Part shown: positions 1 to 49,784 of the stretch, one piece after another
How positions within the stretch are numbered: the stretch's first letter is position 1
How the letters are laid out: each line of letters starts with the position of its first letter
NCBI RefSeq assembly: GCF_037042905.1
Contig: NC_087245.1
Span: forward strand, 7,068,001 to 7,132,000
From: Lytechinus pictus
Lineage: Eukaryota
DNA length: 64,000 bases
Direction of reading: 5' to 3'
Made by a program: the position numbers and the translations under genes
Notes under the pieces: model-generated
Database searches by the model: none
Seen by the model: only the letters and a program-made list of their open reading frames with translations
Told to the model about the DNA's origin: nothing

Positions 1-755
1 GTACCTGGTAGGAATTTATTCCTTGAAACGCAGTACGCGTAATAGCTGCTCTGCTAAAGCCAGGGTAATTATGCTGTATTACTTGAAGAGCACTTAGAGA
101 CTTCTGACAAAGTAAATGTTAAGAGCTATATAAGCAAGTATGATTATTATAAAATGTGTTATTATTGTATAATAAATGTATATTTCAAACAATAAAAAAG
201 CAAAAGAAATAGTAAGTGATGTCATTGACTCTCATTTGCATATCCCTGAGTTGTGCATACAAATGTTTTGTGATAAAGCGAACCTATAAATGATCATAAC
301 TTTCTTATTCTACATCCGATTTTGATAAGTGACCTGGATGAGGAAAAGAGAATTATGAAACATGTACATTTGCCTAAAAAAATTCTGTATATGAGTATAT
401 TTTGTTTTCCGAGCGATTTTGCTTGTATAACACTACATCCAGTATGTAACAGTCGGCTGACGATAAACTTGTTCTGAAATGAAATTATCAAACTGCCTGT
501 TCACTATGATCACTTTTAAGTTTCATACTGTAAAACAAGTTGTTGGTGTGTGAAGGGGAAAATTATATAAAAATAGAAAGTGAGAGAGGGGGGGGGGGGG
601 GGGAGGATGAAGAGGATAGTGGGTGAGGAAAAAAGGAAGATACGCCCGTTGATCAATATCGGCCGACATTTATAAATTTGATACTATCCTTTCCATTGTT
701 ATTTGGATTGAAAAGTCAAATAGGGAGAGCTGTTTAAGACAAGATTAGATCAAAA

Positions 756-958
756 TTAACGAACTTATTTCGTTTTCGGATTAACGATCCTTCGGAATAA
801 CGAACCCTATTTCGTTTTCGGATTAAAGAATCTTCGGAATAACTCCACAAATGTTCAGATTAACGAACCCTATTTCGTTTTCGCATTAACGAACATCGAG
901 GTATAGGCAATTTGTGTGTTTCGGAATAAAGAACCTTCGGAACTACGAAGTGTAACCC
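756..958. repeat. Short degenerate tandem repeats (ttaacgaaccctatttcgttttcgga / cttcggaata)
   Basis: The motif is reiterated several times; probably the subterminal repeat region of a transposon. Confidence 0.65.
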
Positions 959-1044
959 GAAATACATTGGGCGACGTGCTATTGTGTCCTCCACCCCTGG
1001 TGGGACGCCCATTATATGAATCAAGACTATATGAAGAGCTCAGT

Positions 1045-1845
1045 TGCAAAAAAGGGTTAGGTCCATTTTTCATCAAATTTGATTTTTTTTTTCTCAATGT
1101 ATAGACTTTTAGTAGCTATAACAGATGATACCAAAGAACAGTTGAATTTCCCATTAAGAAGTGAACAAGAATGGCAAAGAAAAATCACTTTTTTTTCAAA
1201 AGGGGTTAGGTGCATTTCAGTTTGGTTGCAAAAGTGGTTAGGTCCACATTTAAAAAAAATAATCTATAAGAAGACAGGTGGATTTCTTTTATACCCAATT
1301 TTATGTTCACATGGTAGAGTATCATTAAAATTTAGTTTCACAAAGGAATATTGCAATATGGGAGAATATTTTTTTTCTTGGAGTGGACCTAACCCCTTTA
1401 GCAACCAAACTCTTCTAAAGAGCTAATTTGTCAGAAGGGGTTAGATCCATTTTTCATGAATTTTATTGTTTTTTAGCTGGCTCAAAACCTATAGATTTTT
1501 AGTCGCTCTGATGATACCAAAGAAAATTTGAAATTCACATTAAAACGTGAATAAAAGTGGCAAAGAAAAATCACTTTTTGTATTCAGAAGAGATTGGATT
1601 CATTTTTAGTTTGCTTGCAAAAAGGGGTTAGGTCCAAAAAAATAATTTTTGAAAAATTTATAGAAAAAATAATTGAAGACGGGTAGATTACTTTCATACC
1701 CAATTTTATGTTCACATAATAGGGTAGTACATCATGAAAATTTAGTTTCTCGTAAGAATATTGCAATAAGTGACAATAAAAAACATGATTTTTTTTGGAA
1801 TGGTCCAAAGTGGACCTAACCCCTTTTGAAACCAAACTCTTCATA
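1045..1845. repeat. Two diverged tandem copies of a ~390-bp unit, each with inverted ggggttaggtcca / tggacctaacccc motifs
   Basis: Shared blocks such as gatgataccaaagaa (1124 vs 1510), tacccaattttatgttcacat and tggacctaaccccttt. Confidence 0.7.
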
Positions 1846-2621
1846 TCTCGAATACACTTTCCAGTTATATATTATTAGTCACTCATTTCTTTCTCATCAA
1901 AACCTATTGTAGTGAAAAGGGACCCCTGACTACCAAACCGGGCTACCAAATCCCACAACTCTCAATCCACACGGAGTATCAGCATAATAAGCTTCTTGCA
2001 TGACACAGATTCAATTGAATACAATCAAATTCATTTATAATCAAGTATATTCCAATATAAAAGATGTATAAAATGTAATAAGAAATAAAATGTGGTACAC
2101 TATATGGAGGGGGATATTGCCAAATATCGAAAGGCAGCTAGTAGCTTTGTCAATGCAGGTGAACAATTCTCCTGCTCATTCAATCATTATTGAAACCCTT
2201 GAAGTCAGGCAGGTAAGGCAGAGCATAAATCTAAGTGGTATAGGGTACCACCATACCGGTGAGAGTGAAGGAATGAGGTAGTGAAGACATTTTTTCAACT
2301 ACTTTTGAATGATGATATGAACGTAAAACACATCATCAGAATAAGTAATGTCGTAATTAGTGGTGATCAAGAGTTGATATTTTAAAACTTTTTTTTGCAA
2401 ACAATCCCTAAAATTATTGAAGTTTGAAGAATTCCAATAATAATAATAATAAATGCTAATTCCAAATTATCGTTTCAAAATCAATTTTTTTTTTTACTTG
2501 ATTCATTTTTTCATTCATGCCTCTCAAATAAGTTTAGAATTTTGTATAGTATATCCTAGATAAAAAATAAAATTGCAGTCAATTCTGATGACCCAGATTA
2601 TGAGGTTGTATATCAAGCTAT

Positions 2622-21407
<18,786 letters not shown>

Positions 21408-22403
21408 TTTTAAAACCTTATAGCAGCACCTCTCCTGTAGTGAATGTATGAAATCACCCGAGTCACGCAATGAGTTTTGTATTTGACAAAATGATATCGG
21501 CGAAGATATACCGGTGTAGGCCTATATATAAACACATTACGCAATAAGTAGGCTGTAATTATGATAATGAAGAAAATCAGGACTCTAGTTAATTCGCAGG
21601 GGAGGCGAGACCCATCCCTACTCCATTTAAGGAAGTTGTTCAGAAATCCCTTTGATTAATATATTTTCACATTTTTTTATCTCGAGCTTATGTAGAGTAC
21701 AAGGTGGATAGCGTGACATTGTAAAACGGTATTCGAACTTGTATGGGGTGACTACAAACACACACGCTGTGATATCGCAATATTCATTCTGACAAATAAA
21801 GGCTTTTGTTTGGTTTCTAGCGGTATGATGTCTAAATATGGTAAACGCTCCTCGATCGGAGCCATTGTTAGTCTATTTTGACCAATAGGGTCTTATATGG
21901 AAGTGTTAAAGGTATGAATTATTCATAACGTAAGCTGTGCTTGTACATCATGTATCTAAATCGGCGGCGGTTTGCGTTTATTATCTCTCCCGGCCTATAT
22001 ATCCCACACATGCACATGATAATGGTATATGAAGTAGGTAGAAGCAAGCCCATGTCCCTCTGAAGCAGGGGTGATAAAGCACCCCCAATATTTTCGGGTG
22101 GGGGGGGGGGTGCTGCGTGTATCATTCTCCATAGGCTGCACCCTCAGGTGTGAAAAAATGATAAATTTACCAAAATCGATCGACCTTCAATTTTTAGTGA
22201 AACCTTTTTCGTTGTTTTTTAAAATCCCTTTTAAAGTTATTTTTTGCTTGTCGAATTTACTTCAGCACCCCAGAAAAAAATTGTTCTCAGATAAGACAAG
22301 TTTTGATTAATTTCGCGAACAATCATATTTACATCCTGGTCGGTATAAAAACATGGTAAATGCGGATATTGCCGGTGACGTCACCATGCAACCCACTATT
22401 TAA

Positions 22404-23008
22404 AGGTCAAGTTCACCTAAAAAATATGTTGATTTCAATCAATAGAGAAAAAACAGACAAGCATAATGCTGAAAAATTCATCAAAATCGGATGTAAAATA
22501 AGAAAGTAATGAAATTTTAAAGTTTAGCTTATTTTTCACAAAATAGTTATATACACAATTTAGTCACATGCAAATGAGAATCGATGATGTCCCTTACTCA
22601 CTATTTCTTTTGTTTTTTATTGTTTGAGTTATACAATGTTTCAATTTTTGCAGATTTGACAATAAAGACCAACTTGACTGAAACATAAAATATTAAGCAA
22701 TGGTAATTAGACATGTTCAGGGCGAAATAAAACTCTGTTTTACAGGACAATGATGAGAAAATTAGAATATTTCACATTTCATATAATAAAATACAAAAGA
22801 AATAGTGAGTGAATGATGTCATCAGTTCCCTCATTGGCATACCGACCAGGATGTGAATATAACTATTCTGTTAAATTAAGCGAAACTTAAAATTGTCATA
22901 ACTTACTTATTTTACATCCGATTTTGATGAAAATTTAATTCAGTGTTGTGCTTGTTGGATTTTTCTCTTTTTATTCAAATCCACTTTTTGGGGGGGTGGA
23001 CTTGTCCT
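22404..23008. mobile_element. TTAA-flanked non-autonomous DNA transposon (Kolobok-like)
   Basis: TTAA|aggtcaagttcacc ... ggtggacttgtcct|TTAA with long imperfect TIRs. Related copies or fragments at about 190-325, 25417-26293, 33555-33790 and 57950-58400. Confidence 0.8.
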
Positions 23009-24092
23009 TTAATTTTGTATCTTATCATAGGAAATATGAATATCTTCTTTTCATATTAAATCGTGCTCAACAATTTGCACCCACTTGAGCAATGTAGAAA
23101 TGTGTAGATGACGAGGCCACCATAATAATCAAGCTTATAATCGCCCACTGTAGCGGTCTCCTACATTCCTTTAAACTGTCACTTTGTTTTATGAATAATA
23201 CATTTTGTTGATATTATTGATTCACTGCAACTATAATATCATTGATTTGTTATTTATTACATTTGCATACATTGCATGGCCATGGGCAGCGGTGATGCAA
23301 GGGATGCTGTTCAAAGCACCCCAAAGATTTATCTGGGTGTTGCTGCGTGTGATATTCTCCATAGGCAACACCCCCTAGAAATCTGGTAAGTATGCTAAGT
23401 AGCAGAAGTGTACCAAAAATAACTTACATATTTTTTGGGGGTGAAAATCTATTTATCATTAATTTTGTTTTGCTTGACAAATTCCTCGTGACCAATTGAC
23501 CTTCACATTGTAGTGAAAACCTCCTTTTCAATTTTCAGCAAGTACCCCCTGTAAAACAAATCTGATGCATAAGAATGCAGATATAAAATCAATCAATCAA
23601 GTTTGACTGAATAAAAGCTAGTATTCGGAAAATATCTGAATATTTCAGAAAAAAACATGTAATGGTAGTTGTGGATTTTGTCAAAGATAATTTTGATAAT
23701 AGTACATTTATTTGGATTTTACTTCGTATGATTTAAAAAAAAAAAACAGGGTATAAGTGCATTTACATGAAATTGCAATCTATCAGTATACAATTTCGTA
23801 TACTTTGACATGTTCGAAAAAGCATATATATTTTTTTTGTCAAACTGAGTACCAAAACGTAATGATTGCACATCATACACTGAGTTTTGTTGCTCAGTTC
23901 TTTATTTATTACAGACTGATTTTCTTGTACAATTTAACATGGAAATATGAAGGCTGCGTCATCTGGGCCGGGTGGTCATATCCCGCCCTTCTCCCTGTAG
24001 CACCAATGAATTAATGAATGAATTTATTATCAATTGCAATAAATATAATGAAAAATAAAAATCCATATTTTATTGTTCGTAATAGAAAACTT

Positions 24093-24317
24093 AGAATAGA
24101 AATATTCCGATAATTCGTTTTGCCCAATTAATCGTGGGCCTGGCAGCCACTGTGCAGCGCCAGATGGACGAGGCTCTATCCCTTAAAATGTTAATCGCCA
24201 AACAGGGTAGCAGCAACTCCCATCTTTTTACGTATTTTGGTCTGACGCTGCCGGGGCTTGAACTCCCGACCTCCATGGTTGTAAGACGGACGCTCTACCA
24301 ACTGAGCCAAAACACCA
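24093..24317 (-). mobile_element. tRNA-derived SINE
   Basis: The minus strand starts ctggtgttttggctcagttggtagagcg (A box) ... gggagttcaagccc (B box), then continues into a non-tRNA body. Confidence 0.75.
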
Positions 24318-24322
24318 GTTGT

Positions 24323-24440
24323 TAATAATAATGATATTAATGATTATGATGATAATAATAACAACAATAAATATTAATAATGATGATAATAATAATAATA
24401 ATAATAACATAATAATAATAATAATAACAACAATAACAAT
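24323..24440. repeat. (AAT/AAC/GAT)n microsatellite
   Basis: Imperfect trinucleotide run. Confidence 0.9.
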
Positions 24441-25603
24441 CTTACAAGTTTATAGCCAATTAGTAGCGAATATATAGAAAAGGAATGATGATAGGTACCA
24501 GTAAATAGCATGAATACTAGTCAGGAATGGCTGACCCCTTGTAGATTAAGCGTTTAAAACATGTTTCTTAACTTGTTAGTTAACTAATATATTTTTAATA
24601 TACTAACTATAGTCTGTAATACAATACTATAAACAATGCCTACATGACATAACTTGACAAAGACTAAACAGCTAAAAGTAGTTACATATTAAAGATGTAT
24701 AAATGATTGTCTTGTACAAGTATTATTTTATCATATATATTGTTTCTTCTACATTAATTGTTTTTGAAATATTACTCATATACTAGGATTGGAGGGGGAT
24801 TAGAGGAACATACCGTCCTTTTATCATCATACACATGTATTACGAACTTTTAGGGGTATTAAAGCAATTGCAGATCGAAGTTATTAATAATAAGTTATTT
24901 TTTATTTGTTTATGTACAGTTTTCAATATTGATTTTGTATTTTTCATCTGTGTCAATATACTTATTATACATACCATTGGAAAATGAATTTCTTTGTAAA
25001 GCATACATTTACCAATAAAACAATCTTGAATATTGATAACAAAATCTAGTGTCTTCAGTTTTCTAGCAGATGTTCCCCTGCAGTTTTACGAAAACTTAAC
25101 CTGAATGGTTCCTTTGTGAGTTTGATTGGTATAGCTGATTCCAAGAGGTTTTACCCAAATAAAATAAGTGCTCCTTTCCCTTAACATTTGGTACATAAAG
25201 ATTCTCACCTCCTTTTAGCCCAGTCTGCGCTTAGTCATAACAAAATTGTGACCTAGCTGTGACTTATGCTAAATATGCTCGGCTCTAAAGACTTCTAGTC
25301 CTGTGTCGGACCTACAAATTACTGACTAGATTCAACAATCGTATGGCAATATTATTCCTCAATGAAACCTGACGTTCAACCTTCACTAAATTCAAGGTTT
25401 ACATTATGGTAATTAAAGGGTTACTCCAGGCTAAAAAGTACTCATGTCTTACTAAATAAACTATAATTCACCGATCAAAAGGCTGAAATATTTATCAAAA
25501 TCTGATAACATATAACGAAGATATAGAATTTTAAATGTTTGTAATTTATCCGTTGTCAATCCATTTTTTGAATTCTTGGAGGAAAAAACAATTGTATTAA
25601 TAC

Positions 25604-26072
25604 CAGTGGCGTAATGAGCAGATATCACTCTAAAAAATATTGGGTAAAAATGCTCCATGAGGGTAATTATGTGTCCAACCAAAATTGGGCATTTTTATTT
25701 ACACAGTGTGATGAAAAATTTAACCTTACAGTACTGGACAATATACTTCCCGCATTAGGTAAAAAACTGTCCCAAATTGGTTGGACACATAATCACCCTC
25801 GTGCTGGTTAAAATTTTACCCAACATTTTTACAGTGTAAATCGTATCGTAAATCGTATCGGGCAAAATTTACAAAAAGTTGCGAGTGAGCGAAGCGAGCG
25901 AGCAAACATTTCGACATTTTCATTACAAAAATTAATTTTTGAAAATAGATTTCGACATGATATTCAGAAAATAATATGATATTTCTCCCTTCTCTCTTTT
26001 CTTATCTTGTTTTTTTTTCTTCTTGGTCATGCAAAATTTGGTGGCAAGCGTTCCCCCATCTATACGCCACTG
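25604..26072. mobile_element. hAT-like MITE (8-bp TSD) nested in a Kolobok-like element and itself containing a CAC...GTG MITE (25626-25836)
   Basis: attaatac|cagtggcgta ... tacgccactg|actaatac. Inner element: cactctaaaaaatattgggtaaaa ... ttttacccaacatttttacagtg. Confidence 0.72.
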
Positions 26073-26381
26073 ACTAATACGATTTCATATAATAAAATGC
26101 AAAAGAACAAATGGGGATATGACATCATCAATTTGCTTTTTGAATATTCATGAAGACATGCATACTGTTTTACCAAAATAATGCAAATAACCTCGTTATT
26201 TCTTGTCCGTTTTTGATCAAATTTTCAGTGTTTTGTTTGTCTAAGTTTGCTTTGTCTGGCAAAATCATATCATTTTCAACCTGGAGTTATTAAAAGTATT
26301 ATCTGGCAGTCTACATAAAGAAAACGTAGAAAAAGAAAGGAGATTCTTCTTTTCTCTACTATACTCCAATCTCTACCATGT

Positions 26382-44494
<18,113 letters not shown>

Positions 44495-44950
44495 GCTTGA
44501 TGCGATGATGTTGACTACTCAAACTAAGGTCAGTGGCTTATATGAACAAATTTTTTTGCTTTCTATTTGTTCCCTGATAAATACTCGGACCTAAAGTGTC
44601 CTGATAATTTGCACTAAGTCAACATATTAGGGCCTAAGTATGAACTGTTTTTAAAGCAACCGGGAGATACTGAATTCACAATCATTGAGAATTGGAATGA
44701 GGAGAGTTCTATATGCCTATATGTAGACAGAAAAAAATAAATGTAAGGAAAAATCGAATTCCCGTTTTGTTCGTTTTGAATACTCTTTTGAAGAGGAGTA
44801 TTTTGATGATTTTTAATGTGCACAAATTATTTTTTTTACAATTTTTTTTTAATTTTCTTCGTTTTCGGTTGTTTGAAACGAAAGTCTATCTGATATAATG
44901 ATTCTTGTATATATCAGATTTAGGAGTGCTGTGCAGACACAAATGCTTAG

Positions 44951-47900
44951 TATGAAAGAAAAGAACAAAAATAACGATTGTCAAATTTAATGATTGACCA
45001 AACGCCAATGTGTTGATTGTGAATGTTGATGTGCACTGTCGCTACATGAACAGCGCGCGAATATCCGTTTATCCGGCCTCTCGGCTGTGTAGTAAATAAA
45101 CCACACACTCCCACTCATATATATAACTCCGTCTGGTAAATTATTTTTTAAATAAATAAGACTGGCGTGGTGGCAGCTAGATCACCTAAGGCCCTTAGGT
45201 GTTCCTATCAACAGTCCGATAATTCTTACTCTATACAAGGGACCAGGCGCTCCGTTATATAGCCTTACAGTGATAGGTGTGAGTTCTTTTGCATTTTGAG
45301 TGTGTGTAGTCCCTTCAACGTATATTCATGTACGGTATGAAAAGTTGCTCGAAATATACATCATATTTGCGTGTCCGCGGCCAAGGACACCGCCTCGCGA
45401 GAGAGCGTGGCGGTTAACAGTAAAATGGAGCAGTGCTCCAATCCTTGGAACACAGTTACATCCCCATATTTCCATGCTTTTGGTGGTTATGACTATAACT
45501 ATGAAGAGAAAGAAATAGACGTAGGCCTAGAGATAAGGAGTGCAGTGCGTGTGAGGTGAATTTAATAAGCGAATCGATGGCGACATTGGGATTGGAGATA
45601 GTGATTGATGAGATGATGATAGAAGATGATTATATTGAAATAATACCTAAATATGTAAAAATAAAGTAAAATTGGCCTGACTTATTTCTCACTCTTCCGT
45701 AATGACCTAGAATTACAATTTGATGGTTTGGTTGTTTGGGATGACATGACAAATGCTGGAATTATTGCTGGTGCCCCATTTATGGAGGCAAATTACATCT
45801 CTGTTAGACCAGCTATGCATCTGATCACATTCAGTGATGATTCTTTTTTCATCTATCATTATCCCAGTAACTCAAGCGGTGTCATGATTGAAAAATCTTT
45901 GGTGTGGGAGGATACTCGTGTAGATCTAGATCATTCTACTCGTGATGAGATTGGTGGTGATGTCGATCCCATGCATGTGGTGTCTAGGCCAGCGCCCATT
46001 GCTATAGTCTCAGGGAATAGTGAGTAAGATCTTGGTGGCTACTCCGATCGATGAGAGTTAGCCAAATCTGAGTGTTGTGTCTACGAATGTCCAGTCCTCC
46101 GAGTCTGAATGTTCCGCCACTTGTGTCAAGTGGGGGTAGTCAAAACCGACAGAAAAGGAATCTCAGTGAAGTTGCTGACATTACTCCCCTGGTGCATGAT
46201 GTTGTTGAGCATAAGCCTACATCCGATATTGTGCCTGGTACATCCGACAAGTTTCGTTTGCCTTTATCGATGGCTCAGTCTCTTCTGTCAGGTTCTGGTT
46301 TGACCGTCGAAGAAGTGCAGTTGCCTGAGCTTGAGGATTTGCTCTTGCCCGTTTCGGCCAGCTCGTTGTGCAAGCCCGATTCTATCGAGGTTTCGCTGCG
46401 CAAGTCCGATTCCAACGTTTCACTGCGCTCGCCCGATTCGTTGGATGATAAGTCATGCTTGCCCGATTCAATTGTTTCACCGTGCTTGCATGATCTGGTA
46501 GCTGATTAGTCAAACTTAACCGATTCGGATCCACTCAACAAACAGTGCTCGTTCGTTTCGCTCGGTGATGATTTTGTGGTTGAGTTCGAGTCTAATAACA
46601 TCTCAACATCTCCACACCCACCTGGTCATTCACACATTACACATCACATACATGACACGTCACAATCCTTTCACAATACTTTCAGTCACATGACCAACCG
46701 CTCACTGATAGCGTAAGTTATCTTACTCCGGCCACTGTTCACACCATCGAGATGACAAATGTCCACGCTCGTCGCGACCCACCAGATTCTGCAGAAGTCA
46801 TCCCAATGACAGCAACCGGCGATACAGTCTATGGCTCAGCTAGATGTCGAATCATGTCAACTTGGTTTCCGCTCCAATGAAGGTAGCCTGTTGTGCCGAT
46901 GGCCACGACCCTCCGTCAATAGCCCATGGTGCCCACGATCATGGTTCCTCAGTGACAGTAGCCCGTGGTGCCCATGATCATGGTTCCTCAGAGACAGTAA
47001 CCCGTGGTGCCCATGATGACGATCCGCCTGCTTCGAGAGCCCATGAATCCTTTGACACTGACCTTCACATGACAGCCAGCCCTACCGACCATCCTCAACT
47101 GACAGCCTGCAGTTTCCCCGACCCTGCAGGGCCCCTAACTGATGACGGTATACCCATGTTACTAGCCCCTACTCCATTTGCCATTCCTCAGCTGAGAGGT
47201 CCCACATCCATCCCTTCTGACATCCCTGAATGTTCTAGTAAGGTGCCTCTGCCCCTGTCTCACAAAGATAGTAGCCCGACCATAATTCCCAATCTTTCCC
47301 AACCCAGATTTTCCATTGAATCCAGTCCCCATACGGCATCCCACATCTGTCGGTCAGGTATCACCCCCGATATCCCTGCTGCAGATGATGACTACCGGAT
47401 CGAGCCTTGCCTGTTCGCAATAGCCCATGACCACCCTCCCGAGGTTTCCCCTCTTGTGCGAAAAGCCCTGACTTTCATTCCCCTGCCCCATTGCTAGACA
47501 TCTCTGTATAGGGTCCCCATCTACCCCACATCATATGTGCTTATTAGGACTGGATCCCACTTTATGCGTTGACTAGTTGTATGTGCATTAAAAAAAAAAA
47601 GGGTTATCAAAGAGTATTTTAGTGGGGTCCACCTGAATTTAGGGGGGAACGCAGGAAACAAAATTAACAAGCAAAAAAGGAAGGAAAAACAAGGTTATCA
47701 AAATAAATTTTAGGGGGGGGGGTTCCGTCCCCCAGCTCAAATTAAGGGGGACATGACCCCCCCGTCCCCCCTGCTTCCGCCGCCTATGTTGTTAATTATG
47801 TATTTTTCTTTGTCAACCTTGTTTTTGTTTGATTATATATATGCAATGTACTTTTTAATTTATTTTGACATAACCGTTTATCCAGGTTTTGGATATCCGC

Positions 47901-49784
47901 TGAGTTTAGGATGTGACTTTTGCGTTGTTTGTCGATGTGTGATTAAGTGTATTTGATATTTTGTTGCTTATCTTTTTTTGTTACATTGGAGGTAGACCTT
48001 TTGCTGAGTATTACTGTTTGAAGAGTTGCATAGACTGGAATGGTTGGGATAATTGTTTATGAACGAGGGTAAGGTGCAAGAATGTACCATCATGATGCAG
48101 GTTTTGATGTTGTGTCCCTATAAAGTGAAGTTGGGATGAAGAGATAGAGTGATGAAGAGATTACTACTGGATTTTTATTGGAATTGAAAGTGACAGCTGA
48201 TGTGAAATGAAAGGTAGCCGAACTCATATTTGATTTAAATGTATTGTTTATATTGCTTACACCATACCGTTTGATTATGGAGTAGTGCTTTGATAGTATA
48301 TTATTGACTGGTAATCATATAATCCTCATGTTTTAGTTCTTACTACTTTGATTTACATTAATGTTTTGATTGCTTACTATAGAAATTTGTGTATTGATGC
48401 CTATCATAACCCCGAGGGGGGGGGGGGGCACTCAGTATATGATGCATAGTGGGTATGTGCCGCGGAGGGGACCCCCATTTTTACACTCAAATTTCCGTTC
48501 CAAGGCATAGCATTTTTGTCTTATTGAGAAAAAGAACAAAGAAAGCCGCTCCAAAGCATAGCATTTTCTTCTTATTGAGAAAAAAGAAGAAAGAAATCCG
48601 CTCCAAAGCTTCGCATATTTTTCGTTCGCCGTTCCGGTCGCAGAGCGCTGTCCGACCATCGCCTCTGCGCGAGCGCACCCGGCGGAGGCCGCGCTAGCTG
48701 CATCATGCACGCATGTCCGTTCCATAGGGATGCATACGCACTCACACGATCCGTTCCAAGGACCCCCGTTTTCACAAACATTTGTAGTTCCGAAGCCCGT
48801 TACGAGGACCCTCCTTTTTACAATAAGCCCGCTCCAAGGCCCCCGTTTTTTTGTCTCGCCCGCGGCACACCCCTACCACTTTTTTGGTCGAGTGCCACCC
48901 CCCCCCCGGATCATAACCTCATCTCATTTGGATTTAATATATTTTTACTGAATAATAGTTTATCATCATATCTGTCATGATTTTTATATTGATGCTTTAT
49001 CATCAATCTTGTAAAGGTATTATGAGTAAATCTGTATGTCAATTGATAGGCAGGATTTATTATGTATGCAGGCAATTTCATTTATTTCAAATATTTCTTG
49101 CGTTTCATGGTTAAGACTGATTGGAGTTTGATATAACCTTATTTCATCTTTTTAGTGTATCATTTTGGTATTATATTGCTGTGTTTTATTATTTTAGTAG
49201 ACTTGCCTCATTCACCTCCTTTCAATGGATATTAAGGAGATTAAGATAAAATGTCAAATGATTTTGTGTGTTTTCTAAAACTACTTAATAGTGAGGATTT
49301 TTGTAGTGTATATTTTGGATGATTGCTGAAGTTTAATAAGATTTTTTAAATGCAAATTATATTCAAGTATAAATGATCAATGTATTGAAAAACATTTTAT
49401 TGGTTTTCAGATTGTAGATGTGTTGCAAGGCAATTTAATATTTTTTTACTGTAAAGAGAATGTAAAACAATTGAGATCTGTTTAACAATTTTAGATATGT
49501 TAATGGATTAGCAGGTCATCCATTAAGTTTTGTTATGTTAGATTTAGTAGAGTTATTCTTGTTACATTGGTTGGATAGTTACTTCAGATATTGAGGGAGA
49601 AGAAAATATGAAGGAAAATTAGTCACGCCAAGGTGTTCATTGTGAATGTTGATATGCACTGTCGCTACATGTACAGCGCGCGGATATCCGTTTATCCGGC
49701 CTCTTGGCCGTGTAGTAAATAAACCACACACTCCCACTCATAACTCCGTCTGGTAAATTATCTTTTATTCTAATAAGACTGGCG
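44951..49784 (+). mobile_element. Degenerate non-autonomous Ty3/Gypsy LTR element
   Basis: About 165-bp direct repeats at 45002-45167 and 49625-49784. PBS-like TGGTGGCAGC at 45168-45177 and polypurine tract at 49593-49606. Retropepsin C-terminal remnant (FDGLVV...IIAGAPFMEANYISVRPA) at about 45670-45850. No RT or integrase seen. Confidence 0.75.
48412..48909. mobile_element. MITE with poly-G/poly-C TIRs and 8-9-bp TSD, nested in the Gypsy remnant
   Basis: atcataacc|ccgaggggg..gcactc ... gagtgcc..ccccgg|atcataacc. One end of the same family lies at about 16278-16330. Confidence 0.8.

Noticed and set aside
21408-21470. N-terminal extension of gene A from the ORF track (MRDSG...)
   Set aside because: It starts at a non-ATG codon; the ATG at 21407 gives a signal peptide aligned with gene B.
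24245-24317. tRNA gene
   Set aside because: A and B boxes are present, but the acceptor stem pairs poorly and the sequence runs into a SINE-like body.
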